A DNA stretch of 64,000 nucleotides, from assembly GCA_010093815.1 (NCBI GenBank), contig ML996573.1, one strand, 5' to 3'. Of the stretch, positions 50,761-61,435 are shown in pieces. The notes beneath the pieces are model-generated. The model was not told the origin of the DNA. It made no database searches and saw nothing but the letters and a program-made list of their open reading frames with translations. This DNA is from Pseudovirgaria hyperparasitica (taxonomy: Eukaryota). Position numbers and translations under genes: made by a program. Positions within the stretch are counted from its first letter, which is position 1, and every line of letters starts with the position of its first letter.

Positions 50761-51519
50761 CTAACCGTTCGTCTTACTGAGACAAGCATGGATGCCCGCA
50801 ATAGCAGCTAGCGTGCCATCTGGGTCCTTCACTTTGACCGTCTTCAGGCCCAATTGATGAGCGGGGTAGTCATTACCACCAGGGAAGATAGCATCCCCGA
50901 TAAACATCATCTCCTCGAGGGGAATACCACTCTGGTCGCGCAGCCTCTTCAGGCCGTACGCCTTGTCGACACCCTTTTGGGTGATGTCAATAGAGGTAGA
51001 CCCGCCCATGTTGATGGATACTCCCGGTAATCGTTGTATAAGGTCTCGTTGTATCAATTTGCGTTTAGCGAAGTCGGGGTCCCAGAGCTCCTTCTCATGT
51101 ATCGGCGCTTCCTGGCCCAGGGCAGAGAAGGTAATCTGACTACCGCGGTCTTCGATGCGGTTCCCCCACGTCTTCTCAGGCTTAAAGCCAGTCTTCTCGA
51201 GGGAGAGGTCCAAGGCTTCGAGGATACTCTCCTTATCGGAGCTATTAAAGAGGTCGGCACAGACGCGATTCCATTGTCCCTCATTGTATGTATAGAGTTT
51301 GGTGCCAGTTGTCGGTAGGAGCCACAGTTTAGAACGGTTCGCCCGTGCTGGTAGGCGCGACACAATCTGCTTCTCGAATTGCGGCCAATCACCGCCGGAG
51401 ATAACGGCCACATGTGCGACATGGAGTAGGTCGGCCAGCGCCTCTCCCATGGAATCGAGGAGCGGCTGCTTGCTCAAGGCAAGGGTGCCATCGAGGTCGA
51501 ACGCGACGAGAGAAATCAT
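50761..51519 (-). CDS. HAD-superfamily subfamily IIB hydrolase, phosphomannomutase-like, bacterial type
   Basis: Intronless 252 aa; motif I FDLDGT, II ISGG, IEDRGSQITFSALGQ, III GVDKAY, IV FIGDAIFPGGND. Confidence 0.92.
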   Translation of the reverse strand: MISLVAFDLDGTLALSKQPLLDSMGEALADLLHVAHVAVISGGDWPQFEKQIVSRLPARANRSKLWLLPTTGTKLYTYNEGQWNRVCADLFNSSDKESILEALDLSLEKTGFKPEKTWGNRIEDRGSQITFSALGQEAPIHEKELWDPDFAKRKLIQRDLIQRLPGVSINMGGSTSIDITQKGVDKAYGLKRLRDQSGIPLEEMMFIGDAIFPGGNDYPAHQLGLKTVKVKDPDGTLAAIAGIHACLSKTNG

Positions 51520-54500
51520 AATGTCGTACCGACGGTACTTGGTGACGGCCGAGGACTTCAGTAGGGCAAAGCGCCAGCGAAGGAAAGTCGTCTACGTGCT
51601 AGCAAAGGATAGTAAGTAGATAGGGTGGGTGTGAAGGAAAGATGGCTGGCCATGATCGGCGTGTGTTCTATCCCTGCCGCCGCTCACCGCCCTAGAGGGG
51701 TGGTTCACTGTGGATCCGGGCACGCCTTCCTTAAATCTCGTCGGCTCCCCTGTTGCTCCTTCTCCTGCTGTTGCAATATTCTTTTAAATGGTCATCCCTA
51801 CGAAGATCTGTTCGACATGCGCGTATACGGGAAACCCCGTGAGGTGTGAGTATGTCGTAGGGCATGAACCGGGTATCGGCAAAAGACGCACTTAATGATC
51901 TCGGCCTGCCACTTCCCGCTGTACACCATGTCGAGCTCGTCTTAGGTCAAATGAAACTCCATGCGATCACGGCCGCCTTGGTGTGAAGGTCTGCTCGTTG
52001 AATTGGTATTGGCGCGTTCCCTGAGCAAATTACGGGATGAGGGAGAATGAGAAGAACAAGTCTACCGACCGCAATACATCAGGAGGCCAGGCAATAGAGG
52101 CTGTACTTGAGCCTCGAGCACTTCAGAGGTCGAGGAGGCCTTGGGTAACTTTGAAGGAGGTTGGTTTCATGATCATCGGAGCTGTTGCAATGTCAGAGAT
52201 GTAAACAAGGCGCCACAACACATTTTGTCCCTGCACAATAGCTTACCTGCCAGTCGATGCAAATGACCCTTCCGTGTACACAGTGCTGCTCGACGAGGGC
52301 AATGATCTCGGATAGGTAGTCCAGTACAACCTGGTTATGCGTATCCAGTCCTGCATCTTCAGAATGCTCGGCAGACAAATGGCAATTTGTCTGGTGTTTT
52401 ACAAACGCGAACCTTTCCGCGCCTAGACTCGCACCCGGCTTTTAGTCCCTCACATCATGGACTATCAACTCCGGGTTGCATGTGATATGCGCAATTGGTG
52501 AGCTTTGGCGTTGCTTCAGCGCCGGGCTTCAGCACGGCACCAAAAGAGCTCGTATGGCTGTTCCTCCTCAAACAACAGGTCATCGACAAGAACCTTGAGC
52601 GCAAGGTGCATCGTCTCTCTACAGCGATCCTGAGTAAGCGGAGCTGTGTTTGTCCATGCACGCTGTCTCAAACCATCAAACTTTTCGCGAGGTGGAGTAA
52701 AAAAAGAGGAAAAGCGTGAATATGGAATGTCAAGTCCACCTCCGCTCTCCGCTCTTCTATCCGCGGCAGTATCCCCCGGTGCGTGGTTGGGCGGAGTCCG
52801 CTAACAGCCTAGGCGCCAAGGATAACGTAGGCAGCCCACGACATCATCTATCTGTATAACCTACAGGAGAAAAAGCCACGGGGTAAAGTGTCTCGTGTGT
52901 TGCACGGGCAATTTCCTGAAGCACGCAGACATTACCGTGAATGGTCTGCTCTGAAATGCCCTCTATTTTGCGAAAGTAATCTTGCGGCACTACAAGTCTA
53001 CAATCACAAAAACTGTATCCTCTCTCTGTACCGCAGCTTGATATTTTGAACGACTCCATTCCTCGCCTGGGAACACCTCGATGTCGACAGCTTGATGTGC
53101 CTCCAATAAACCAGTCATCAACTTTGCTTTCACTTCCTCGTGGTGGGCAAACGGACTTCGTCCGTAGCACAGGACTTCGACAAAGCGCTTTGAGTATTTT
53201 TCTTCAGGTACGTGGGAAGATCGTTGTGAATGATGGGGCTGGGATCAATAGCTCTGTACTCATCGTCTCGGCTTATCGTCATTAACTCTTTAGCCCTGCG
53301 CTTGGATAAGTCCACTTTAGGATGGTTGACGAATTCAGTTCTCCTGTGATACGTCACGGAGGAGACGAGAACGGAGAGAGCATCCATGGTCAGCATTGCT
53401 TTCACCACTGCGGACGATTCGGCCGCCATCTGCAGGGCCACCACGACTGCCTCGAAGCCCGGGATGCTGTGCACTGGTAGATAAAATACATGAGAGACAG
53501 CGATGTTAGCCACTACACCAGTTCAGAAGATGGGGTCCTATACTAACCATTTTGGAGGTATAATGGTCTTTGAACAGGTAGGAAACGTGTCCTCTCCTTC
53601 AGTTCCAGCCGTATTCTAGTAATCATTCTTCATGCTAGACTCTTAACTTGCTCTCCTGAAGCTCACCACCAAATTTTATGAGACTAAAGACTGTAAGACT
53701 ATGTAATCTCAATACTGATCAGACCAGCGCATGTGTTGAGGACTTACGGGAGCTGTATTGTACGTAGAAGGGATTCAATCTGGGCTCGCATAAAGTACTA
53801 GGAGTCGTTCTACTTCGACCTACGTCGTATGCTGCTTTCGGACACGTATAAATGTGGATTTCCTCAAGTATATACACATCCAGGCCTCGAGAGTCAACAG
53901 CGGGTGTTCGACTTGATGCAATATCAAAAAGGGCGTCACGCATGGCGATCGTTGCGAGAAGACCAAGTTTGTCAAAAAGTCACCCTTGGCTGCCACAGCT
54001 GCGCCTTACTCTGCCCGGTTTCCTGTTACCAAAAACCGGTGAGACCAACTTACCGCCACTTAGATGGGGTGAGGTAGTCACACGTCCAAGCAAGCATTGT
54101 TCACAAGCGTTGTTTACAGCTGATTTGGAAACGCCTGCTGACTTTGTTAGTTTTGACAGTGAATCGCCCGAAGAGGCAGCAGGAGATCAGAGTAAATAAT
54201 GCCTATTCACACTGCGGGTCGGACCGCCTCGAGACCGCTTCGACGTATGCGACACATATGGTTCTTCCTTCAAGCGGTGTTCAGGGCTCTTGAACGAGCT
54301 TATGTCACGCTTGAAGAGACTCTGATAGCTACGATACGCCTTATAACCGCTTATGTCACGCATGAAGGGACTCTGATCGTTACAATACCCTCTATGACCA
54401 TTTACGGTAACGACTCAACGACCAGTGAATCGGTCCGTGAATCAGCAATACTTGCTCGTTCCGATGTGAGACGTCTGCACAGGTTCATTCCAAGTTTTGA

Positions 54501-54774
54501 CCCATGCCTGCACCGTCCAAATGCACTGTGAAGACATATCGGCTGACATAATTACTGCTACTGGCGTTGTGCTGAGCTGGCAGAACCTTTAGTATATCCA
54601 TATATGGACATACCTTCTGTTCCTACTCTGATTTCCTGCTCCCCACCCTTTTCCATTGCGATCCTGTTACATACCAGAGTTTCCAGGGCAAGATCTGATC
54701 AGTCCCATCATCGCCATCATACCTCCATCTCTACTCTATTCGTCTTGGACATATCAGTATTATAACCACACATC

Positions 54775-56772
54775 ATGAGTCAGGATCACTCAACTGCTAT
54801 AATGGAGAACTATGTCAGCATATCTCCCCCGTCAGCACTTCCGAAAGACCTCCAGAGACACATGCAGAAGGGAGGTACCAATAAGTTGCCGCCAATCCAA
54901 CATTCATCTCTAGCGGTCTCAGATGCCGCTCTAAAGGCATTTTCTATGAGAGGGCATCCCTTGCCATCGATAGGAGAGCAATTTCCAAAAATGGAAAAAA
55001 TTAAAGACATGGAAGACAGGATGTTGGCATCTCAGGTCTTGCTGAATATTAGTAGCAGTCACCGTCCTGTGGAACATGTGAGGCCTCACGTAGCTCCCAG
55101 ATCCCCGACTTCCACATTCACACCTATCAATCAGCCCGACAACGCTTCATCTACTGTCTCCAACTTCGGTCATGGAATGCACCTCGACCATCGGACCCTC
55201 GACTCTCAAGACATGACTCCGTCTCACGGGGATCAAGTGACAGGTACCGCTGTGGCTAGTGATGGACGCCCTTCTGCTCTCACATGCGTCAAACACAACC
55301 TTCATTCTGCTGATGAAGCACCTACACCTCCCAACCATGAAAGAAGACGTCGCCATGTCAAAACGAACGCGAAAAAGACAAAGAATGTGCTGGGGCCCAG
55401 GCCTCTGGAGAGATGGAAGGAATGGAACCCAGCGTTAGAAAAATCAGAAAATGAACTAGACAAAAAAGGTAGTGACAGTATCGAGAGGTACGAAAAGATG
55501 GGAGTGGAAGAAAAGGTCGCGTTCATGGACGGGCTCTCGACGGAAATCGTCAGGAACGCATGCATCTGCCAGTCAGCATGGAGACTGACCAAGTCCGAGT
55601 GCTACGCCCTCCCACCAGTGCCCCAGGGCGTTACTATGATTAAGAACGACGAGCAGATGTTCGGGAGCCCCGGACCGTTCCGCAGAGCTGTGTCTCATTT
55701 CTTCGGCCGAAACATGACGTCGACAAAGAAGTTGAACTTGCCAATCCTGACTCGTACATGCTATCAGAAGAGCAAGTACAGGGAGGACAAATATCCGGAC
55801 TTCATATATCGTTTGCTCCAGCTGGTTCTAGCCATCAACGACATGGACTTCCATTCTGAAGTCACATACAAAGTTGACCTGGTTAAGGAGGACCGAAACT
55901 GGTTTCAGGCCTGGTCAGAGAAGTCCGAAGGAAAGGAGGATGCCGAAGCAAAGAAGGACGGCGAACAAAAGAAGCATGACGGCCCGAGGCATGGTGGGCC
56001 AACGGCGCAGCTGTTCAAGTATATGCAGGAGACATATATCAAACCGCCAGTCCCAAGAGTCATGAACAAGCTGGAGTGCTTCAAGATGATCGAAGATATC
56101 AAGGAGAAGATCAAGGACTCTATTTATTTTGCCGACGATGAAGTGAGGAGAGAGGTTGAAAAGAAACAGGAAGCCGAGATGCAACTGAAGAAAACAGAGG
56201 GGACGGGACCAACGGACTCAGCGGAGAAACAGGTCGAGCAGGTGGATCCAACGAAGCCGGAGGGAAATCCGACCGACAAGAAGAAGACGAGCCGGATGCA
56301 CAAAGGAAAGGTAGAGCTTGCATCTTTGACTAGCAAGGAAGCGGCAAAGTACATTGAAGGATATTTCACCTTCCTACTCATCCCGGTCATCCCGGACGGC
56401 GCTACAGCTGCAGAACCACGGCCCACCAAGATCCCAGACGAGATTTACACAGCAATGTATGTAGAGCACTCCAAGAGGAATCCGAAGATCAAGTCCGAAC
56501 CAGCGTCTTCCGAACAGCCCGAAGAACAACTACCAGCCCGCAGATCCAACAAGCGCAAGCGAGCAAATGAAGCGAAACATACCGAGGCAGGCCTCGACGA
56601 TAGCAATAGCAATCCAGAAAACGAAGATGATCTCCCCGTGCTTCCAAAGAGAAGGAAGATAGCGGCGGCGCAGAAACCTCGTAGGCGTGCACCAGCATCG
56701 AAAACGCTCAGTCGGTCTCGCAGGAACCTTCCATTGAAGGTCGATATGGCAACCGACGCCATGGAGGAGTAG
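54775..56772 (+). CDS. Hypothetical nuclear protein with RxxxSHxFGRN motif
   Basis: 665-aa intronless ORF; FRRAVSHFFGRN...CYQKSKYR core and basic NLS-like clusters (KRKR, PKRRK). Confidence 0.75.
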   Translation: MSQDHSTAIMENYVSISPPSALPKDLQRHMQKGGTNKLPPIQHSSLAVSDAALKAFSMRGHPLPSIGEQFPKMEKIKDMEDRMLASQVLLNISSSHRPVEHVRPHVAPRSPTSTFTPINQPDNASSTVSNFGHGMHLDHRTLDSQDMTPSHGDQVTGTAVASDGRPSALTCVKHNLHSADEAPTPPNHERRRRHVKTNAKKTKNVLGPRPLERWKEWNPALEKSENELDKKGSDSIERYEKMGVEEKVAFMDGLSTEIVRNACICQSAWRLTKSECYALPPVPQGVTMIKNDEQMFGSPGPFRRAVSHFFGRNMTSTKKLNLPILTRTCYQKSKYREDKYPDFIYRLLQLVLAINDMDFHSEVTYKVDLVKEDRNWFQAWSEKSEGKEDAEAKKDGEQKKHDGPRHGGPTAQLFKYMQETYIKPPVPRVMNKLECFKMIEDIKEKIKDSIYFADDEVRREVEKKQEAEMQLKKTEGTGPTDSAEKQVEQVDPTKPEGNPTDKKKTSRMHKGKVELASLTSKEAAKYIEGYFTFLLIPVIPDGATAAEPRPTKIPDEIYTAMYVEHSKRNPKIKSEPASSEQPEEQLPARRSNKRKRANEAKHTEAGLDDSNSNPENEDDLPVLPKRRKIAAAQKPRRRAPASKTLSRSRRNLPLKVDMATDAMEE

Positions 56773-57083
56773 GCCAGATCTGATCTATGAAGGGCGAGTC
56801 TGATGTAAAGTCTTGTCCATATCTTGACAACCTTTTTCCACACTGTTCATGGTTTTATTTCGGGGTCTTTTGTCTTTCGGGGTCGGGGTTTATATACATA
56901 CATACTTCAGATGTGACTATCTTCTGAATGGCTTGTGACATAGGTTTTTATCATACTATACATGCTCTTGTTCTTACTGTCGTGACATTGCTCTCAACCC
57001 TGCTGCAAGACTTTTCGTAGATGACTCACTAACCCTTTGTGAAAACGAACAATGCGGACGTGAAAAGCCCCCCGAAAGCTCGT

Positions 57084-58350
57084 TCAATACCCAGTCCCGT
57101 CGCCATTCACAACATCCGCCATCCTCGTTTCGCCCGTCAACACCCCCGACTGGGGAAATACAGACCCATAAACCGGCAACGGCGTCTCCTCCCAAAGCCT
57201 CTGAATCCTCCTCGCACTCTCCCCGAACCTCTCCAGCACACTCCCCTCCTCCTCCTCCTCCTCCTCCTCCCCACCCCCCAGCACAAGCTTGAAATCCCTC
57301 TTCTTCCAACCGCCCATCCACAAGCACATGCTCGACATCCCCAACATTCGCATGCAGCAGCACCGCCGCAACCGCATTCCTCCACCCGACAAGATCCGGG
57401 CCCCGCGTATCAAACACCACCACATCCGCTTTCGCCCCGGGCACAAGCACCCCGACATCACGCCGACGCAGCGCCAGCCCGCCATTCCGCGTCGCCAGCA
57501 GAAACGCCTGGGTCGCCGCTCATCGGGGTTCGTAGTCGGGAACGAGCCAGTCCTGCAGCGCCTCGCGGTACCAGACAAGGCGGGTTTTCTGCAGCCGCAG
57601 GCGGGGGCCTGGGTGAGGACGTCGGCGGAGAAGGTGAAGTGGGTGTCGGCGCCGAGGGCGGACAGGTCTTGGAAGAGGTGTGCTGTTGGGTGGTTCGTGG
57701 CCGTAGTGCATTTCGCTTTCGGGGGTGATGGCGGTGTGTTGGTGGGTCTGGCGCAGGAGGCGGGCGTCGAGGGGGTTGAGGTTGGAGGCGTGGCTGGAGA
57801 TGATGGGGAGGGTGGTGTTGAGCAGGGCGTGCGAGTGGAGGAGAGATGGGGTGTTTGCGGCGCCCCAGGGGCCGGTTAGGAGGTGTGTTGTGTAGAGGGA
57901 TGGGGCTGTTTCGCTGTGGGGTGTCAGTTGGGGGGGGGGGGTTGAAGGGAGGTTCCGAGGGGAAGGGGGAAGCACTTGATGAGTTGTACCACGGCTGAGT
58001 TTATTTCTGGAGGGTTGGCAAGCCACGAGTCGTACGAGAGTCCAAGGCTTATGGACGTATTGTGGAAGCTTGCAGCAGCGACAATAATGGTGCGATAGTC
58101 GGTCATTTGCGCCGTGATGTCGTAGTACGTCAGGTTGTGCAGGGTGATGCAGTACCAAACACGCGCGCCGCTGTCGATACTGGAGTTCAGCCTGGCGAGC
58201 ACATGGTCGAGGGAGAAGGATGCTGAGGCGTGGTCGACGATGGACGTTACGCCAGCGTGGAGCGATTCCCGGATGCCGACTGTTTGGGCATGGTATATGT
58301 CTTCAGGGGTGTGAGATTCACCGTAGCGGTAGATATACTAATGAGGGGTT
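57084..58350 (-). pseudogene. Disrupted metal-dependent amidohydrolase (MTA/SAH-deaminase-like)
   Basis: AGVTSIVDH, DSGARV, ITPESEMHYGH, LGADTHFTFSADVLTQA, ATRNGG, PGAKADVVVFD, HANVGDVEHVLVDG found in shifting frames; N-terminal HxH region absent. Confidence 0.75.
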
Positions 58351-58548
58351 TCTCGTACCCGTCCCACGCACTTCGGAGTTGTAACCTCCGAATTCATTAT
58401 CCGGGGCGTGGACTCCAGCATGCTCGGAGTTGTGTCAGACGGACCAAACCTAGGTACACGTGGTGCCTTGTTAATTCTACTCGGATATGGATCTACTCAT
58501 CATCTGAGCGGACGAGTGCCAACACTGCCAGGAATATACCATGACCGC

Positions 58549-60320
58549 TCAAACCGGCACTCTCTTGCCCACCCTCCGCCAAAAGTCACACCTCTCCCGC
58601 AACTTCGGAACAGGAGCCTGACTAAAGCCCTCCGAACCAATGACAAACTCCTTCCCCTCACTAATCCGGGGCAGACCAGTAACATTCGCCGGCGTGAGTT
58701 TCCGTGCATTCGGATCCCCCGTCTGGAACAGACTCGCAAACGCCCCTGCATAGCCCCGATAGACGAGCGGATCAGCCGTCTGCACCGCATTGACCGAATT
58801 CCACTACATCACATCGCCGTCAGCATCCAAACAAACACACACACACTCTCTCTCAGAGCCAAAGAAGATACCAAACATCCACTTACCCACTTCGTATCAT
58901 CCGCATGCGTCGCCGGCAACCGCGCATACTCAGACAAATACCCCGCCCGCCTCGCCGCCCCCGCAACCCAAAAGCCCGCACAGCTCAGCACCGAGTCCCT
59001 ATATATCGCGCCGGCGCGCTCATACGTCGTACCATAAGCCGCCGTATCCGTGCTCCCAACGCCCGGATACAAAGCCTTCACATCCGCGATATCCGCGTCC
59101 GTGAAACCGGGCAGATACCCCCGGAGCCAGCCGTCGAAACTCGCCTCGGAGGAGTTATACCCCCCGCCGGCGGTCGTCGAGTTCGCCGTCCTGAGCCCCG
59201 GCGGCACAAACGTCTCGCCTTCGTGCTGGTTGAAGGTGGCCCATGCGACGTCTATGTCGATTCGTCCGCCGCTCACGGCCTCCGTCAGCGTCTCCCGCAG
59301 AAACGTGCCGTCGATGACCGGGCCCCAGTTGAATGTCCTGGTCGTGTACTTGAAGTCGTCCTTCATCGCGTACGCCGCCGTGCGGATGCGCGCGAAATCC
59401 ACCTCCTTTAAACACCGCAGCGCCGCGGCCTTGTCCATCCCCATCCCCATCCCCATCCCCACACCCGCATCAGCACACCCAACCAGCACCGCCAACCTCT
59501 CAAACTGCCCCTCCGCCTCCACCCCATCAAACGCCCCCGTCCTCCCCCAAAACGGACTCGTCGGCACCGCCCTCCGAAACAGTCTCTCCCTGCCCCCTCC
59601 CATCCCCGCAAGAACCTGCGCAACAACACTCCCCCCGCCCGCACTCTGCCCCTGCACCGTAACATCCCCCGCATCCCCACCAAAACCATGAATATACCTC
59701 CCTACCCACCTCAACGCCGCCCTCTGATCCAGCAGCCCCACGTTCAAATCACTCCCCGCATCCGCCGCGCCGACCGCGCTCCCGGCCAGGAACCCGAACG
59801 CGTTGACCCGGTAGTTCGGATACACGACTACGTAATCTGCGTCTGCGTCTACGCTGAGCACAGGATACAGCGAAGGCGGCACACCCAACGCCGCGCTTCC
59901 ACGGATGAAGCCCCCGCCGTAGAACACCACGACGACGGGTCTGCGCACGGTGGTGTCGGATGTGTTCCAGGGCCGGGAGTAGATGGATAGGAAGAGGCAG
60001 TTTTCGACGCCGGTGGTGGTGTCTTGTGGGCAGGTGGGGAAGGGGGTCGGGGAGCTGGTGTTGTGGGTGCCGGTGTAGGGGGGGAGGGGCTGGGGGCTGC
60101 GGAAGCGGTTTGGTGGGGCGGGGGAGGCGGCGTATTGGAGGGCGGGGAAGAGGGTGAGGTTGTAGGTGGGCGAGTAGGTTCCTGTTATGGTGGCGGTGTC
60201 GAGGGTTATGGTTGGGTTTTGGGAGGGGGAGGTTGCGTGGGTGAGGGGGAGGAGGGGGAGGAGGATGGGGAGGGAGAGGGAGAGGGAGAGGGAGAGGGAG
60301 AGGGAGAGGGAGAAGGGCAT
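58549..60320 (-). CDS. Secreted type-B carboxylesterase/lipase
   Basis: ENCLFLSIY, FYGGGF, NYRVNAFGFL, NVGLLDQRAALRWV, FGGD, GQSAGG, WGPVIDG, ATH; intron 58886-58804. Confidence 0.9.
60268..60312. repeat. (GGGAGA)n hexamer repeat encoding a Ser-Leu run in the esterase signal peptide
   Basis: About 7 tandem copies; translates as SLSLSLSLSLSLSL on the minus strand. Confidence 0.9.
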
Positions 60321-61435
60321 GCAGAGGTATGACTGCCGCATGCTTCGTGTCCTAACAATCCTTCTAATATCCCCGTTCCCGCAAGACAGATAATGCAAGA
60401 ACGTGAAGAAATATCAATGTCGCAAACGCAGCAGCATGTCTCGAGCAGGCTGCCTATGATATACTACACCTACCCGCGACGCCCACCTGCATCCTACACT
60501 CCCGTCTATAAAAACATGATGGGGCACCACAGCGGGTAGTTCCTCGATGCTCGGAGGAAGAAACGGTGGTGTTCCGTGCGTTTCGCTGCAATGTGAGCCG
60601 AGCCGCGAGCTACTAGGGGGGAATTTATCCGGCGACTACAACATCATGGATTGGGAGATGTCCTGGGTTGATATTGTCCGTCGTGGAGTATTGTTTGGGG
60701 CTGTGAGGGGGGAGGAAGGCTGGGTCTGTTCGAGGGGTCTTGGTGGTCTTGCTGTGGGGTTGGTGCATCTTGTTGTCGAGACATCAAGGTTCAGATACGA
60801 CATCAGCATCACTTCACTCATCCACCTCACGCTCACGCTCACCCTCTTCCCCCCCTTCCCACACCCCATCCCAACAATCCCGCACAAACCGTTCAAACCG
60901 TTCAAACACCAGCGCAAACACCCCCCCAAAATCTCCCAATCAACAGCTCGATAACTCCTAGATGCGGATGTGGATCGTAACGCCTGTCAGAACATCCATG
61001 CGAGATATAAAGTGAGCTACGCACGAGTGCCCCGCACGAACGCATCCATGATGTTCAATCTATAGATAGAACAAACGACCCGGTACTAGGTACAGTAGCT
61101 ACATTGAATGCCAGCCAAGCACAACTAGCGCTTCAACACGTCCGTCTATCTGAAAGAGCTCTAGGAGGTAATTATGAGCATCGTCGGATTTACTGCTTTG
61201 CACCGTCGTGGCGTGGAGACTTCAAGGTCTCAATATCGCCAAGTGGGAGTGGTATCTGCGAGCACGTGCATGGATGGCTAAATGGCCTCAAGAACGGGAC
61301 AACAGGAGAGCAGAAAGTACGAAAGACTTGAAACAACAAATGCTCGATAGTCTTTCACATTCGATCTCTATGTCTATCCCTTTTATATGTCTGCACCTAG
61401 CTGGCGTGGGTATCGTCCGGGTATCATGACTCTGC

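Noticed and set aside
52844..54531. Several 100-127 aa ORFs between the HAD gene and the 665-aa ORF
   Set aside because: No recognisable domain or consistent spliced model; cannot be supported without expression data.
58435..58503. Minus-strand ATGATGA...CTGA pair with TTGGTCCGT before the D-like box, reminiscent of U18/snR18 C/D snoRNA
   Set aside because: Only about 9 nt of rRNA complementarity, lacks the GTTT expected before box D in U18, no terminal stem or clear C'/D' boxes; probably chance. An Infernal/snoscan run would settle it.
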